This document shows, one piece after another, positions 41,716 to 53,649 of a stretch of 64,000 nt of DNA. The DNA lies in assembly GCF_963921235.1 (NCBI RefSeq), contig NC_086108.1:100876001-100940000 (forward strand). The letters run 5' to 3'. The stretch comes from Mobula hypostoma. Lineage: Eukaryota. The notes beneath the pieces were generated by a model. It made no database searches and was not told the DNA's origin. It saw only the letters and a program-made list of their open reading frames with translations. The position numbers were made by a program, and so were the translations under genes. How positions within the stretch are numbered: position 1 is the first letter of the stretch; each line of letters begins with the position of its first letter.

Positions 41716-42436
41716 AAATCCTAAAGTCAACCCATAACAAGGAGGATTGACAATAGGCGCGACCCACAAACCCGGAGAGGAAACAGAACATACAAAAGAT
41801 ACCAGGGAAAAGGACGCAACCAATACTTCAATAATGTATATAGCCCAAAGAGAAACAAACTAAAACGTGAAGCCCCTCCCACCACCCCCCACCCCAAGAC
41901 CCCAAGGCGAAATCTAAAGCAGACCCGCCAGAAAGAAGCAAGCGCTAAAACTACCCCCATGACTTCCGGTATACGCTCCCTAAAAAAAAGGTATAAATAT
42001 GAAAAGGATCAGCTAATTGTAAAACAGTAAAAAAATAAGTAAAAAAAAGTTAGCTCAATTAAAATACACACAGAACAGAACAAAAGCCGGAAAGTATATA
42101 TTAAAAAAAAACCACAATAAACCTCAAACTCATGAATAGACACAGCAACAAAAAAAATAGGATTATTAACATAAAATGATTATAAAAAGCAAAACAGAAT
42201 AAAATTTAAAAAAAAACTACAAAATTTAAGGCCGCACAGGAAATACGTAAGATGACAAAAGGGAAGTAACCACCCAGAATCCCCTGGGAAAAGAAAGAAA
42301 TGACGCAGTTAAAAAGAAAGTTTAGCAGCCATATTAAGAAATCGAAAGTAAACTTTTCTGCCCAAATAGGGCACAGAAAAGTTAAAACCAACCAATTCAC
42401 AGCCTCCGATCAACGGAGAAAATTAAAAAAAGGCAA

Positions 42437-43336
42437 TTAAGATGTTGAAGATGAAAGTTGATCCAGATAACTCTGGGCATCCGATAGAGAATCAAAAAAA
42501 CGAAGGGCTCCATCTAACATGCGAATCCTTAGACGTGCAGGGTACAGCAGCGCTGGTCTTAAATCCATCTTATAGAATTCCGACATCACGGATCTGTAAC
42601 GGACCCGTTGGTCCCAGATTGGTTTACTGAAATCTTCCACGAATCGGAACTTAAGATCCGAAAAATCAATGAAACCTTTAGATCGAGCGAATCGAAACAG
42701 TCTCTCCTTGTCTTGAAAGTAATGAAAACGTAAGATAACATGCCTAGGTCTATCTGACCTAGACGAGTATGATGGGATTCTGTGAACACGATCCAGTAGC
42801 GGTGGTTGGTCAGGAAATACAGTAGGGAATGCATCTTTTAAAAGTTGGGAGAAATATTTCATAGGGTTGTTAGCTTCCACGGCTTCCCTGACGCCAATCA
42901 TTCGTAAATTCTGCCGTCGCATTCTAGATTCCAAGTCAGAGTTTTTAAAAGTCAAAAAGTCAAGTTTCTTCTTCATTACATTAATTGTTTCTTCGACTTT
43001 CCCCATCTTAAGCTCACTTTGTTGCGCGGATTTTTGAAGATCAGATATAGCCGACTGATGTTCCGCAATACATGTTTGCATCTTATCAATTAAATCGGCA
43101 ATTTTCTGGAACTTAGTTGAGATTTCCGTATGAATCAGGTCTTTAACAAAGCCCATAATTTCTGTACGAATCATCTCCCTAACAGAGGTTGAAATTTCCC
43201 TCTGAATTAACTCCGATATCGCTTTCAAAGTCACCGGTGATTCAGTCGGAGGGAGATCCGTAGCTTTCGGTTTAACCGGAGGTTTACCATCCTTGCCGTC
43301 TTTCCCGTTCTTAGACATAGCCGATCTCAGTATCAT
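42437..43336 (-). CDS. L1 ORF1 nucleic-acid chaperone (coiled coil, RRM, CTD)
   Basis: 299 aa; DLESRMRRQNLRMIGV, DRVHRI, FVEDFS, LYPARL. Confidence 0.92.
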   Translation of the reverse strand: MILRSAMSKNGKDGKDGKPPVKPKATDLPPTESPVTLKAISELIQREISTSVREMIRTEIMGFVKDLIHTEISTKFQKIADLIDKMQTCIAEHQSAISDLQKSAQQSELKMGKVEETINVMKKKLDFLTFKNSDLESRMRRQNLRMIGVREAVEANNPMKYFSQLLKDAFPTVFPDQPPLLDRVHRIPSYSSRSDRPRHVILRFHYFQDKERLFRFARSKGFIDFSDLKFRFVEDFSKPIWDQRVRYRSVMSEFYKMDLRPALLYPARLRIRMLDGALRFFDSLSDAQSYLDQLSSSTS

Positions 43337-44859
43337 CCAATTGTCAGAGAATTCAGTTTAATTCAAAGTATTGTAAAAATTGATGCCTTAATAGTTAATT
43401 AAAGTATAGCTGACCATAGAGAGAAAAAACTCAGAGGTAATGGAGCGAGTCAAGAACGCGACTTCACTCCATGAGCGCTACCGGAAGTCGCACCTTGACT
43501 TCCTGAGAAAACTAAAGAAATTTGGCCTGTCCCTTAAAACCCTCACTAATTTATATAGATGCACCGTAGAAAGCATTCTTCTAGGGTGCATTACAACCTG
43601 GTATGGAAGCTGTCCTGTCCAAGACCGAAGGAAGCTGTCCTGTCCAAGACCGAAAGAAGCTGCAGAAGATCGTGAACACGGCACAGCACATCACACAAAC
43701 CAATCTTCCATCCTTGGACTCAGTTTATACCACACGCTGTTGGAGCAGTGCTGCCAGGATAATCAAGGGCACAACCCACCCAGCCAACACACTTTACATC
43801 CCTCTTCCCTCCGGCAGAAGGCTCAGGAGCTTGAAGACTCATACGGCCAGGTTCGGGAACAGTTTCTTTCCAACTGTGATAAGACTGCTGAACGGATCCT
43901 GACCCGGATCTGGGCCGTACCCTCCAAATATCCGGACCTGCCTCTCGGTTTTTTTGCACTACCTTACTTTCCATTTTTCTATTTTCTATTTATGATTTAT
44001 AATTTAAATTTTTAATATTTACTGATTTTTACTATTTTGAATATTTTTAATATTTAATATTTGTAATCCAGGGAGTGGGAAGCGCAGAACCAAATATCGC
44101 TGTGATGATTGTACGTTCTAGTACCAATTGTTTGGCGACAATAAAGGATAAAATACTGCCGCGATAAGGCCCCACTCAGGTTGGAGGAACAACACCTTGT
44201 ATTCCGTCTGGGTAGTCTCCAACCTGATAGCATGAACATCGACTACTAGAACTTCTGGTAATGGACGCCCCTCCCTCCCTCACCACTTCCTTTTCCCTCT
44301 CTCATCTCATCACCTGCCCAGCACCTCCCTCTGGTGCTCCTCCCCCCTTCCTTTCTTCCATGGTCTCCTGTCCCCTATCAAATTCCCCCTTCTCCAGCCC
44401 TTTATCTCTTTCACCAATGAGTTCCCAGCTCTTTACTTTACCCTTCCCAGTTTCACCCATCACCTACTACCTTGAATTTCTTCCTCCCCTCCTTACTCTG
44501 CCTTCTCATCTTTTTTCTCCAGTTCTGATAAAAGGTTTCTGCCCAGTGTCGACTGTTTACTTTTTTGGTTCCCCCCTCCCCCAATAGATGCTGACTGGAA
44601 TGCTGAGTTCCTCCAACATTTGGTGTATTTTTTTGGATTTCTAGTGTCTACATATTTTCTTGTTTGTGGATAAGGACTAACTGGTCAGGAGGAATGGAAT
44701 ACAGGGGTATAAATACCAAACTAGACATGCCCAGGCATCATCCTTGGAGAAGATGGCAGAGTTTATCATCGAAACATCAACTAGAATCAATACCTATACC
44801 TGTCTGGAAGCCAGAGGTGAGTTTATTCATCATATATGCCATGAACTATTGGATCCTTT

Positions 44860-46215
44860 TTCAGGTTAGGACTTTATTCCCTAGAATGTAGAATATTGAG
44901 GGGAGATTTGATAGAGGTATACAAAATTGTGAGGAGGTATAGACGGGGTAAATGCAAGATGGCTTTGTCCCATCGAGGTTGGGTGGGTCTACAACTAGAC
45001 ACCATGGGTTAAGGGTGAAAGGTGAAATGTTTAAGGGGAGCATCTTCACTCAGAGTGGTAATGGTGTGGAACGAGCTGCCAATGCCAGTTGTGAATGCGC
45101 GCAAATCCGGAGTCAATTTTAACATTTAAGAGAAAGTTGGATAGGCACATGGATGGAAGGGTTATGGAGTTCTATGGTCCAGGTGCAGGTCATTGAGACT
45201 AGGCAGATTAATGGTTTCTAATCACAAGAGAAAATCTGCAGATGCTGGAAATCCAAGCGACACATCCAAAAAGCCGGAGGAACTCAGCAGGCCAGGCGGT
45301 GTCTATTGAAAAGAGTATAGTTGCAGAGACCCTTCATCAGGCACAGACTAGATGGGCTGAAGGGCCTGTTTTTACATTCAGTGTTCTATGACTCAATGAC
45401 AAGGGTGTCCCCTGAGAACAGTAATGAGGAGGGATTTCTTTAGCCAGAGGGTGATGAGTCTGTGGCATTCTTTGCTCTACATGGCTGTGGAAGCCAAGTT
45501 ATTGGGTCTATTTAAAGCAGAGGTTGATAGCTTATTGTTAGTCAGGGCATCAAAGGTTAAGGGAGAAAGCAGGAGAATAGAGTTGAGAGGCTTAATAAAA
45601 CTCTGGTTCAGCCACACTTGGAGTACTGTGTCCAGTTCTGGTCGCCTCACTATAGGAAGGATGTGGAAGCATTGGAAAGGGTACAGAGGAGATTTACCAG
45701 GATGCTGCCTGGTTTAGAGAGTATGCATTATGATCAGAGATTAAGGGAGCTAGGGCTTTACGCTTTGGAGAGGAGGATGATAAGAGAAGACATGATAGAG
45801 GTATACAAGATATTAAGAGGAATAGATAGAGTGGATAGCCAGAGCCTCTTCCCCAGGGCACCACTGCTCAATACAAGAGGACATGGGTTTAAGGTAAGGG
45901 GTGGGAAGTTCAAGAGGGATATTAGAGGAAGGTTTTTTACTCAGAGAGTGGTTGGTGCGTGGAATGCACTGCCTGAGTCAGTGGTGGAGCCAGATACACT
46001 AGTGAAATTAGGAGACTACTAGACAGGTATATGGAGAAATTTAAGATGGGGGGTTATATGGGAGGCCAGGGTTTGAGGGTGGGCACAACATTGTGGGCCG
46101 AAGGGCCTGTACTGTGCTGTACTATTCTAAGTTCTATGTAAATCAGTAGAGATGGAATAGCAGAGCAGACGATGCACCAATGGCCTAATTCTGCTCTTAT
46201 GTCTTATGGTCTTAA
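44860..46215 (+). mobile_element. Cluster of nested CR1 3' fragments (best preserved 45595-46138) with a minus-strand pLTR piece ~45222-45342
   Basis: EYCVQFWSPHYRKDVEALERVQRRFTRML; CR1 tails. Confidence 0.8.
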
Positions 46216-46505
46216 ATAATTACCAAATCTAATCAAATTTTTCAACTCTGATCACAAGATAACAACTCCAGTAAGTGGGGAAAAAAAGCAGAAGTTATTC
46301 AGGATAAAGGCTACTGCTTAAAATTGCAGAGCAGCCCATTCATTAAAATATAAAACTGGAAGCTATTCAGTCTATCATGCCTCGGGCACATTGTAAAATT
46401 ATTGCCAGTCAACCTTCATATGTTTAGAATCCTCAATAAAATAAATAGTATTTAGCTCTACTCAGCACAGGAAGTTAATTTTAGAAAATGCCTTATTCTG
46501 CTTAC

Positions 46506-46634
46506 CATATGCAGTTCCAGGACCAAAATCATTTCCAGCATCAAGCATATACTGCCCTAATTGTTCAAAATTATTCATTCGCGACGGTGCTTTGCGATCC
46601 AGTTTTTCATAAACGAATTCTTCTATTCTGGTAT
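46506..46634 (-). CDS. SH3GLB1: Endophilin-B1 exon 3: (N)TRIEEFVYEKLDRKAPSRMNNFEQLGQYMLDAGNDFGPGTAY(G)
   Basis: 129 bp, CTATAG|AT...TAT G|GTAAG; phase 1/1. Confidence 0.95.
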
Positions 46635-47849
46635 CTATAGATGAAAATAATGAATCAAATAAAATCAGGTTTATTTATTGGACATGCATGGTTGCATCAC
46701 AAGACAGTAAATGAAGATGAATTTTCTGTAATAATACAGTAGTGCCAAAGTCTTTTATATCTATATTGACTTACATCTTATATTTTATATTATATACACA
46801 CTTTTGCATAATACAGTAATTTTTGTATTGCACTATACTGCTGCTATAGCAAAAAAACAAATTTGATGACATATGGGAGTGATAATAAATCCTATATGGG
46901 TCTCTACTGAGGACCGAGAGTGGGAAGGGGACAAGGAGAAGGGAATCATGGTCGGGAAAAGGGAAAGGGGAGGGAGCACCAGAAAGACGTTCTTTTATTA
47001 TCAATAATAATTGTTTGGAATCCCATGATTCTGCCTGGTGTCTCAGTGCTGGGTGTGTCTGCATACATGCCACTATCGCCACCCCCCACACCAGTCCCTG
47101 GCATCCCCTGTCTGCCACTTATTCCACAACCCTCCCAGGGCCCTCCACCCTCACCATTCCCAACATCTTGTGCTCCCGTCAGATTTACAAACTTGCTTTC
47201 TCCTCTACATTGACCAAAACAGTAATGTGCAAAAGTCTTAGGCTTATGTGCCAAATACCTTAGCACAGCACTGTACATAAACAATACAAACATCCAAGTT
47301 ATATTTTAATGTACATGCCTATGCCATTATTTTGGTCATTCAGTTAAATATTTTACCAGGATGATGCCTACATTACAGAGCAGGTCCTATGAAGTTAGGT
47401 TGAGTGAGCTTTTCTCTTTGTAGAGAAAGAGGATAAAAGAATCAGGTTTAAAATCACTGGCATACACCATGCCGTGAAATACAGTATGCCATTGGAAAGT
47501 AATCAAAAAACTAAATTACTATATATAGTAATTAAATACTGTACATTTAAAAAAGTACAGAAAGTGAACAAAGGAAAGAAAAACAGATCGTTGATTGTCC
47601 ATTCAGAAATCTGATGGCAATGGGGAATAAGCAGTTCCTAAAATGTTGACTTGATAGAGGTGTACAAGACAAGAGATAGAATTGACAAGCAGAGACTCCC
47701 CCCACCAAGATGGAGATGGCCAATACGAGCATAACTGAACACTCTTCACCTGTAGTATTTAAAAAGGGCATGGAGGGAGGAATATGCTGATTATCTACAG
47801 CATGTACTGTAGGTATTAAGTAGATGGATCTGTTAGATATCTGCCCTTG

Positions 47850-49030
47850 TGCATTTGAAGACAAGTCCTCAGGGGCAGGTGAAATTTAAATCAGAGTACT
47901 ATGGGAAATTGAGGAAAAGCTTATTGGAGCCCCAACAGATTTTCGCATCTTTGCTAGTCACAGGTAAAGTGCCAGAAGACTGGAGGATGCCCACTTTTTT
48001 TTAATATATAAGAAAGACAAGAAATAGGGATAAGCCAGGTAGCTACAACTATAGGCCAGGGAGTCAAACATCAGTGGCAGGAAAATCAACTCTCTTGTGT
48101 GGAAAGGCAAGGAATTATTAATGTTAGTGAGTATGACTTTGAGAGTTTTAGGGAGAAGTGGTGGAAACTATGCATCAAGAATTTGATTTTTTTGTGTGAA
48201 GGAAATATTACCTAAAAGCAGTCAATGAAGTTTTCATGATAGGTTGGGTCCAGAAGGGCAAGGAACATGGGATCCAGGATGAACTAGCTAACTGGATTCA
48301 AAATTCATGGCCGGCTTGGCAAAGGGAAGCGGTGGATAGATGTTTCCTGACAGAAGTCTCTGATGAGTGATGCACCAAATGGGTCCATTGTTCTTTGTGA
48401 AGCAACTTGTATATGAATGTAGGAAGAGTGATTAGTAGGGCTGTAGATTACAGGAAAATTTGTTGCATTGTGGATAAAGGAAGGTTGTCCAATATTCCAC
48501 CAGGATATAGATCAAATGGAAAGCTGGACAAGGACTGGCGGTTGGAATTTAATCCCAGCAAGTGTGGGAAATCATACAGACATAGGACATACAGTAAATA
48601 GTTCCCCAAAAGTGGCAATACAGGATAATAAGGTGGTGTAGGAGGCAAGGCAAGTATGCCATAGAAGTCAGGACAACAAGAGTTGCGGCACTATGTTACA
48701 ACTATACAGAACTCTTTTAGTCAACATAGGGTAGTCTTTGCATCTCTTGATGTCACACTATAGCAAGAATGTGAATGGATGAGAGAGAATGCAGAAAAGA
48801 GTCACCAGAATGCTACTTGGATTGGAGGATAGTAGTTGTGGGAACAGTATGGGTAGGCTGTGCTTTGCTTCTCTGGGGCAAAGGAACTGAGTGATCTGAA
48901 AGAAGTTTCTAAAATTATGAGAGACATAGATATTGTATGATAGTCAGAATCTATAGAAATGTTAAATACAACTAGACAGTTTTAAAATGACAGGGGAAAG
49001 TTTAAAAGTAAAGCGCGAGTTAAGTTTATG
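47850..49030 (+). mobile_element. Very degraded CR1
   Basis: Decayed gtgccagaagactggagg; WRLEFNPSKC. Confidence 0.6.
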
Positions 49031-49207
49031 CACTGTATTCCTTTTAATTACAACATCCAGTTTAGATCAGTTGCAATGAAAGGTCCCCTTTCTATATTGC
49101 AACTTCCAAGCACCTCGTGAACTGCAATCAAACTTGATTTTAATTCAATTTGTTACTTTTTGTCTCTTTAAGAAAACAGCATAGCATGAATTTATTTTTT
49201 TTTTTAC

Positions 49208-49349
49208 TTGGGTTTGGCTGCAATAATACTTCCGTCTGCTTCATTATTTTTTCTGTCCATATTTTTGTAGTTTCTGCTTTGCTCAGAAGATTCTCCAGCT
49301 GGGCATCCAACTCCGTCTTCTCTGCTTGACCAAACTTCTCCTCTGTAAA
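49208..49349 (-). CDS. SH3GLB1: Endophilin-B1 exon 2: FTEEKFGQAEKTELDAQLENLLSKAETTKIWTEKIMKQTEVLLQPNP
   Basis: 142 bp, CTTAAG|TTT...CCA A|GTAAAA; B1-type residues LLSKAE..KIWTEKIMKQ. Confidence 0.95.
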
Positions 49350-50221
49350 CTTAAGCAAACCAAAGAGATGAAAATTAAAAACTGCAGACTCTGATTTTCA
49401 AAACAAAACAGAAAAGGCACCTTCTCTAACGAATAAGGCTTCTGGACTAAAAGATTAGAAAGTAACGATATTAGGGTAAAGGATGGGATTCGAGGATCAG
49501 GAAGTAAGGCGGTGTTTAGAGAATTGAGTAGGTTAATTGGTTCAAGCCCAGTGACAGAGAAAGTGGAGCAAAGGTCAAGGGATTACCCCAAGGAGCTGGC
49601 TGTAGCTACCGGGCCTTCCCGCAATGCAGTGGGTCAGAGAGAATGCTTTGAAGATGAAGAGCACAGCAGTATTACTCTCAAAAGAGTGTGGCAAAGAACG
49701 GATTTGACATATTCAAACCTTATTTCCCTCCCACAGTCCTGAGTGACTAAAAATAAAAAATGACGATCGTGTTTCGTTTGCAGTTTTAAGTCACAAAGTT
49801 AACAACATGGAAATAGGCCCATCAGCCCAACTCGTCCACACCAACTAAATTGCCTACTTGAGCAAGCTCCACTTGCCCAAGACTGGTCCACATCACTCGA
49901 CCTTTGCTATCTATACATGTACCCATCTAAATATCCTTTAAGTGGTGTAATTGTACTGAATTTAACTGCTTGATCTGACACCTCATTACATGTGCCACTT
50001 CAAATCTTTCACCTCTCATCATAATCCCATGATTTCTAGTTTTAGTTTCCCTACCCTGGGTGAAAAACTTAACTAAGCCCCTCAAGATTTTATATACCCC
50101 CTTCAGGAACAAAAGTTGTACCTAAACACAAGGAAATCTGCAGATGCTGGAATTTCAAGCAACACACATAAAAGTTGCTGGTGAACACAGCAGGCCAGGC
50201 AGCATCTCTAGGAAGAGGTAC

Positions 50222-50257
50222 AGTCGACGTTTCAGGCCGAGACCCTTCGTCAGGACT
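50222..50257 (-). ncRNA. Penelope minimal hammerhead motif, sense to host pre-mRNA
   Basis: Reverse complement reads AGTC-CTGACGA-A-GGGTCTCGGCCT-GAAA-CGTC-GACT. Confidence 0.75.
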
Positions 50258-50773
50258 AACTGAAAAAAGAGCTAGTAAGAGATTTGAAAGTGGGAGGGGG
50301 AGGGGGAGATCTGAAATGATAGGGGAAGACTGGAGGGACAGGAGGGTCTATCCACAGCCTCCTCTACTGTAAAGATGAAGCCACACTCAGGTTGGAGGAA
50401 CAACACTTTATATTCCGTCTGGGTAGCCTCCAACCTGATGGCATGAACATTGACTTCTCAAACTTCCGCTAATGCCCCACCTCCCCCTCATACCCCATCA
50501 GTTATTTATTCATTTATATACACACATTCTTTTCCTCTCTCTCTCCTTTTTCTCCCTCTGTCCCTCTCACTATACCTCTTGCCCATCCTCTGGGCTTTTT
50601 TCCCCCCTCCCCCTTTTCTTTCTCCCTAGGCCTCCTGTCCCATGATCCTCTCATATCCCTTTTGCTAATCACCTGTCCAGCTCTTGGCTCCATCCCTCCC
50701 CCTCCTGTCTTTTCCTATCATTTCGGATCTCCCCCTCCCCCTCTCAAATCTCTTACTAGCTCTTCTTTCAGTT

Positions 50774-50809
50774 AGTCCTGACGAAGGGTCTCGGCCCGAA
50801 ACGTCGACC
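50774..50809 (+). ncRNA. Penelope minimal hammerhead motif
   Basis: AGTC-CTGACGA-A-GGGTCTCGGCCC-GAAA-CGTC-GACC. Confidence 0.75.
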
Positions 50810-50917
50810 GTACCTCTTCCTAGAGATGCTGCCTGGCCTGCTGCGTTCACCAGCAACTTTTAAGTGAAAAGCTGTACCTATTTGTCTTTCTTTACAACTA
50901 GGGTCCTCCGCTCCTGG

Positions 50918-51455
50918 TAGGGTTGCCAACTGTCCCGTATTAGCTGGGACATCCCGTATATTGGGTTAAAATGGTTTGTCCCATACCGGACCGCCCTTGT
51001 CCCATATTTCCCCCGCTAAGGTAAAGCGCTCCTATGAAACTGTTCGTACACTGAAATGGCGTAAAGCGCAGAAACAATTACCATTAATTTATATGGGAAA
51101 AACTTTTGAGCGTTCCCAGACCCAAAAAAAACCTACCAAATCATACCAATAAAATACCAAAAACCTACCAAATCATACCAAAACCTAAAATAACACTAAC
51201 ATATAGAAAAGCAGGAATGATATGATAAATAGACAGCCTATATAAAGTAGAAATAATGTACAGTATATCAGAATCGGGAAGTTTAAGCCGAAACCGATTT
51301 GTAGAAAAAAAAAATCAGCACGTACGCGCATGCGCACACAGATACCCGCGCAAGGCTTCATGGTCATGGTAGTCTTTCTCGGGGTAAACACAAGTGTCCC
51401 GTATTTGACTGCTACTTTTGTCCCTTATTTAGGAGTGAGAAAGTTGGCAACCCTA
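50918..51455. mobile_element. hAT-type MITE carrying a Tigger terminal fragment
   Basis: TIR TAGGGTTGCCAACT / AGTTGGCAACCCTA; perfect 8-bp TSD GCTCCTGG (50910-17, 51456-63). Confidence 0.9.
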
Positions 51456-53054
51456 GCTCCTGGTAACATCCTCATGAATCTTTCTGCACTCTTTCCTGCC
51501 ACATGACACCCTTCCAGTAGCTGGGCAATGAATATAAATGAATTCTCTGCACAAATTCCACATCTCCAATTTCTGGGTTGGATTTGTGAATTTCCTGAGG
51601 GTGAACTTCCATAACCTGAACAGCCGTAATGGGGCAGCTGCTGGTATTGTTTTGGAGGCAGAGCAAACTCAGTAATGACAATTATGAAATTGCATCTTTC
51701 TCCTGTGCCAAAGCAAATATAATAGTGTTTATGTGCAAGCCAAAGCATTAGTCTTTCAAAATATAAAAAACACCACCACCATACCCAGATAGTGAGAAAA
51801 TTACTGTACTACTGTGTTTCCCCCACAGTGCATTGATCCACCAATACACTTCACTAAATTCCAACTTGAAATATTACAGCACACTGTTTTCTTGTACTGA
51901 AGTCAAAACTATTGCTGAAGGTTGAAGTTGTATTTCTGAGTTAATGCAAGCCCTACAATATTTTCAATTGAGCAAGTTCATTTCTGACCAACAGCTTCCC
52001 AGAATCTTGCATTAATAAGCTGTTGGACAGAATTTGTAGGACCCAAATGGCATTAGAAACTGCTGTTGGAAGAACTCTCATGTTACTTCCCCGTATACTA
52101 AAATCAGATTCTATTTGCTTCGTAATCAGAGGCAATTACCCTATACAAGGTTACAAGACTGCCTATCCAAAGAATACTCAGTGTTGTCTTTTGCATTACC
52201 TAAACTCATTAAATAAAACCTTTGTAAAAATTCTTGCAGTTGTCCATTAACAGTTAATTCCTCACTGCTGAATTGTGCAAACAATTTCACCCTACTTGCC
52301 AAAACTGGAAATGTATTCAAAGCAATTCAGTAGACTGAGAAGCACCATCACTGGAAACAGAAACGACTTCCTTTCCCATCCATTGTTACCATTAACTCAA
52401 AGCTGATGATGAAAGTCTTCAAGAGGTAACATTAGTTATACAGAACAGCTGTGTTGCCCTCAACAATAAACATCCAGAAACTGAATAATATTTTACATTT
52501 TTCCTTTCATTAGGGACAGTTGAAACAAACACTGCCCAAATTCATATTTTGACTTAGTAGCTGTGGAAAGGTAAAGTAGGAGGCCACATTTCTGAGAGGG
52601 GGTAGTTGGACAACATAATGCTTCTTAAATTTACAAATAAGACAATTTTCATCTCAAGCTTTACACATTTCCCTTGTACTATCAAGACCAATGCATTGAC
52701 CATATTGGTTGCCAAGGGAAACCAATCATTAATGACACAGTTACAGATGCTCAAAACTTCCTGCACATTTGAAGGCAAAGAAATTCTGCAGGTCCAGAAG
52801 TTTTAACCCTATATCCTGATCATTACCAAGTTCTTTTGCCGTGGTCTCACCCAGAAGAAGTGATATCTAAAGTAGTAAAATAAACTAAATCTAATGATGA
52901 TTTAAAAAAGCGCTACTCAGAACAGAAACACCGACTGAAAAAAATGATTAGAAAATTAAATATTCTAAATACAAAATGATATACACTGTTGGAGAATAAA
53001 AATTGTGCAAAAATTCGTATTTTTGAAACGATCATGTTATTTTTATTTAAAGAG

Positions 53055-53252
53055 ACAGGCCCTCTGGTTCAATGAGCCCACACTCCCCAAATACAGGCCA
53101 ATGACCAATTAATCTACTAACATACGTTTTGGGATGAGAGGGGCAACTGGAGCACCTGGAGGAAACCCACAGAGTGACAGGAGAAAGTACAAACTCCTTA
53201 TGGATGGCACCAGGAATTGAACAATAATTGTGATAACTGCTACGCCACCACG
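53055..53252 (-). mobile_element. tRNA-derived V-SINE (HE1-like)
   Basis: Minus strand: GGTGGCGTAGC (A-box-like), GTTCAATTCC (B-box), V-domain-like GGAGTTTGTAC..TCTCC..GTGGGTTTCCTCCAGGTGCTCC. Confidence 0.7.
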
Positions 53253-53649
53253 CAATATTCTCATGGCTAAACCTCATCTTCATCCTTAAATAAAAGGTAA
53301 ACTTGCTATTAGAGGAAGCGCAGTAGAGATTCACCAGCCTGGTTCCTGGAATGGCAGCACTGTTAAATGAGAGAGATCAAGCAGACTAGGTCTCTATACT
53401 AGAGAGTTTAGAAGATGATGGTCATCTCTTTGAAACTTACTAACTTTTTTGATGATGTAACGAAGTAGATATGGGGAAATGTGTTCCACCTAGATAGGGA
53501 GTCTAGTACTTTGTACCATAGTCACAAAATCAAGAGCAGACCATTTAAGACTAGAACAAGAATTGCTTCAATTGCTTGCGTGATGTGCGTTTCCACCACC
53601 CTCTCCTTTCTCTGTGCAGTGGTTTTTGGTCTTTTTTAAAATTGAGTTA

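Larger units (their letters stand above)
37585..43489 (-). mobile_element. Full-length, apparently intact L1-clade LINE (5.9 kb)
   Basis: Perfect 15-bp TSD GCACCTTGACTTCCT (37570-37584, 43490-43504); two open ORFs; AATAAA and short A tail; 5' end GACTTCCGG. Confidence 0.96.
37081..44154 (+). mobile_element. Rex1/Babar LINE, 5'-truncated and split by the L1 (37081-37584 and 43505-44154)
   Basis: [41 protein letters not shown]; continues HLDFLRKLKKF after the L1; 25-bp tandem duplication 43605-43654. Confidence 0.9.
36980..44665 (+). mobile_element. Old Penelope 3' fragment split in two (36980-37080 and 44155-44665)
   Basis: ...catggcctcctct|actgccgcgataaggcc... rejoins as HGLL|YC..LRLEEQHL across the nested inserts. 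Confidence 0.75.
50125..50860. mobile_element. Penelope insertion with inverted terminal repeat (minus 50125-50345, plus 50346-50860), inside an old minus-strand CR1 3' end
   Basis: Two pLTR copies in opposite orientation; flanking 14-bp near-direct repeat AAAAG(T/C)TGTACCTA at 50111-50124 and 50867-50880. Confidence 0.88.

Noticed and set aside
41716..41823. 36-aa N-terminal extension of L1 ORF2
   Set aside because: It starts at a non-ATG codon; the endonuclease domain begins right after the ATG at 41715
43605..43654. 25-bp tandem repeat, and a similar short duplication near 36940-36978, as an array
   Set aside because: Two-copy slippage duplications within dead LINEs; no spacers, not CRISPR-like
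7745..49349. Assignment to SH3GLB2 (endophilin B2)
   Set aside because: Diagnostic residues (KIWTEKIMKQ, GPGTAYG, EGDYKTI, LDAAK, RITQSEF) and the QLN.../WAEEVTK inserts match B1 as I recall the two paralogues
49140..49358. ORF-track 72-aa ORF here and 65-aa ORF at 7676-7873 as stand-alone genes
   Set aside because: They are single exons read through into intron; splice sites define the true limits
53200..53252. tRNA gene
   Set aside because: Degenerate A and B boxes are attached to a V-SINE body; no cloverleaf
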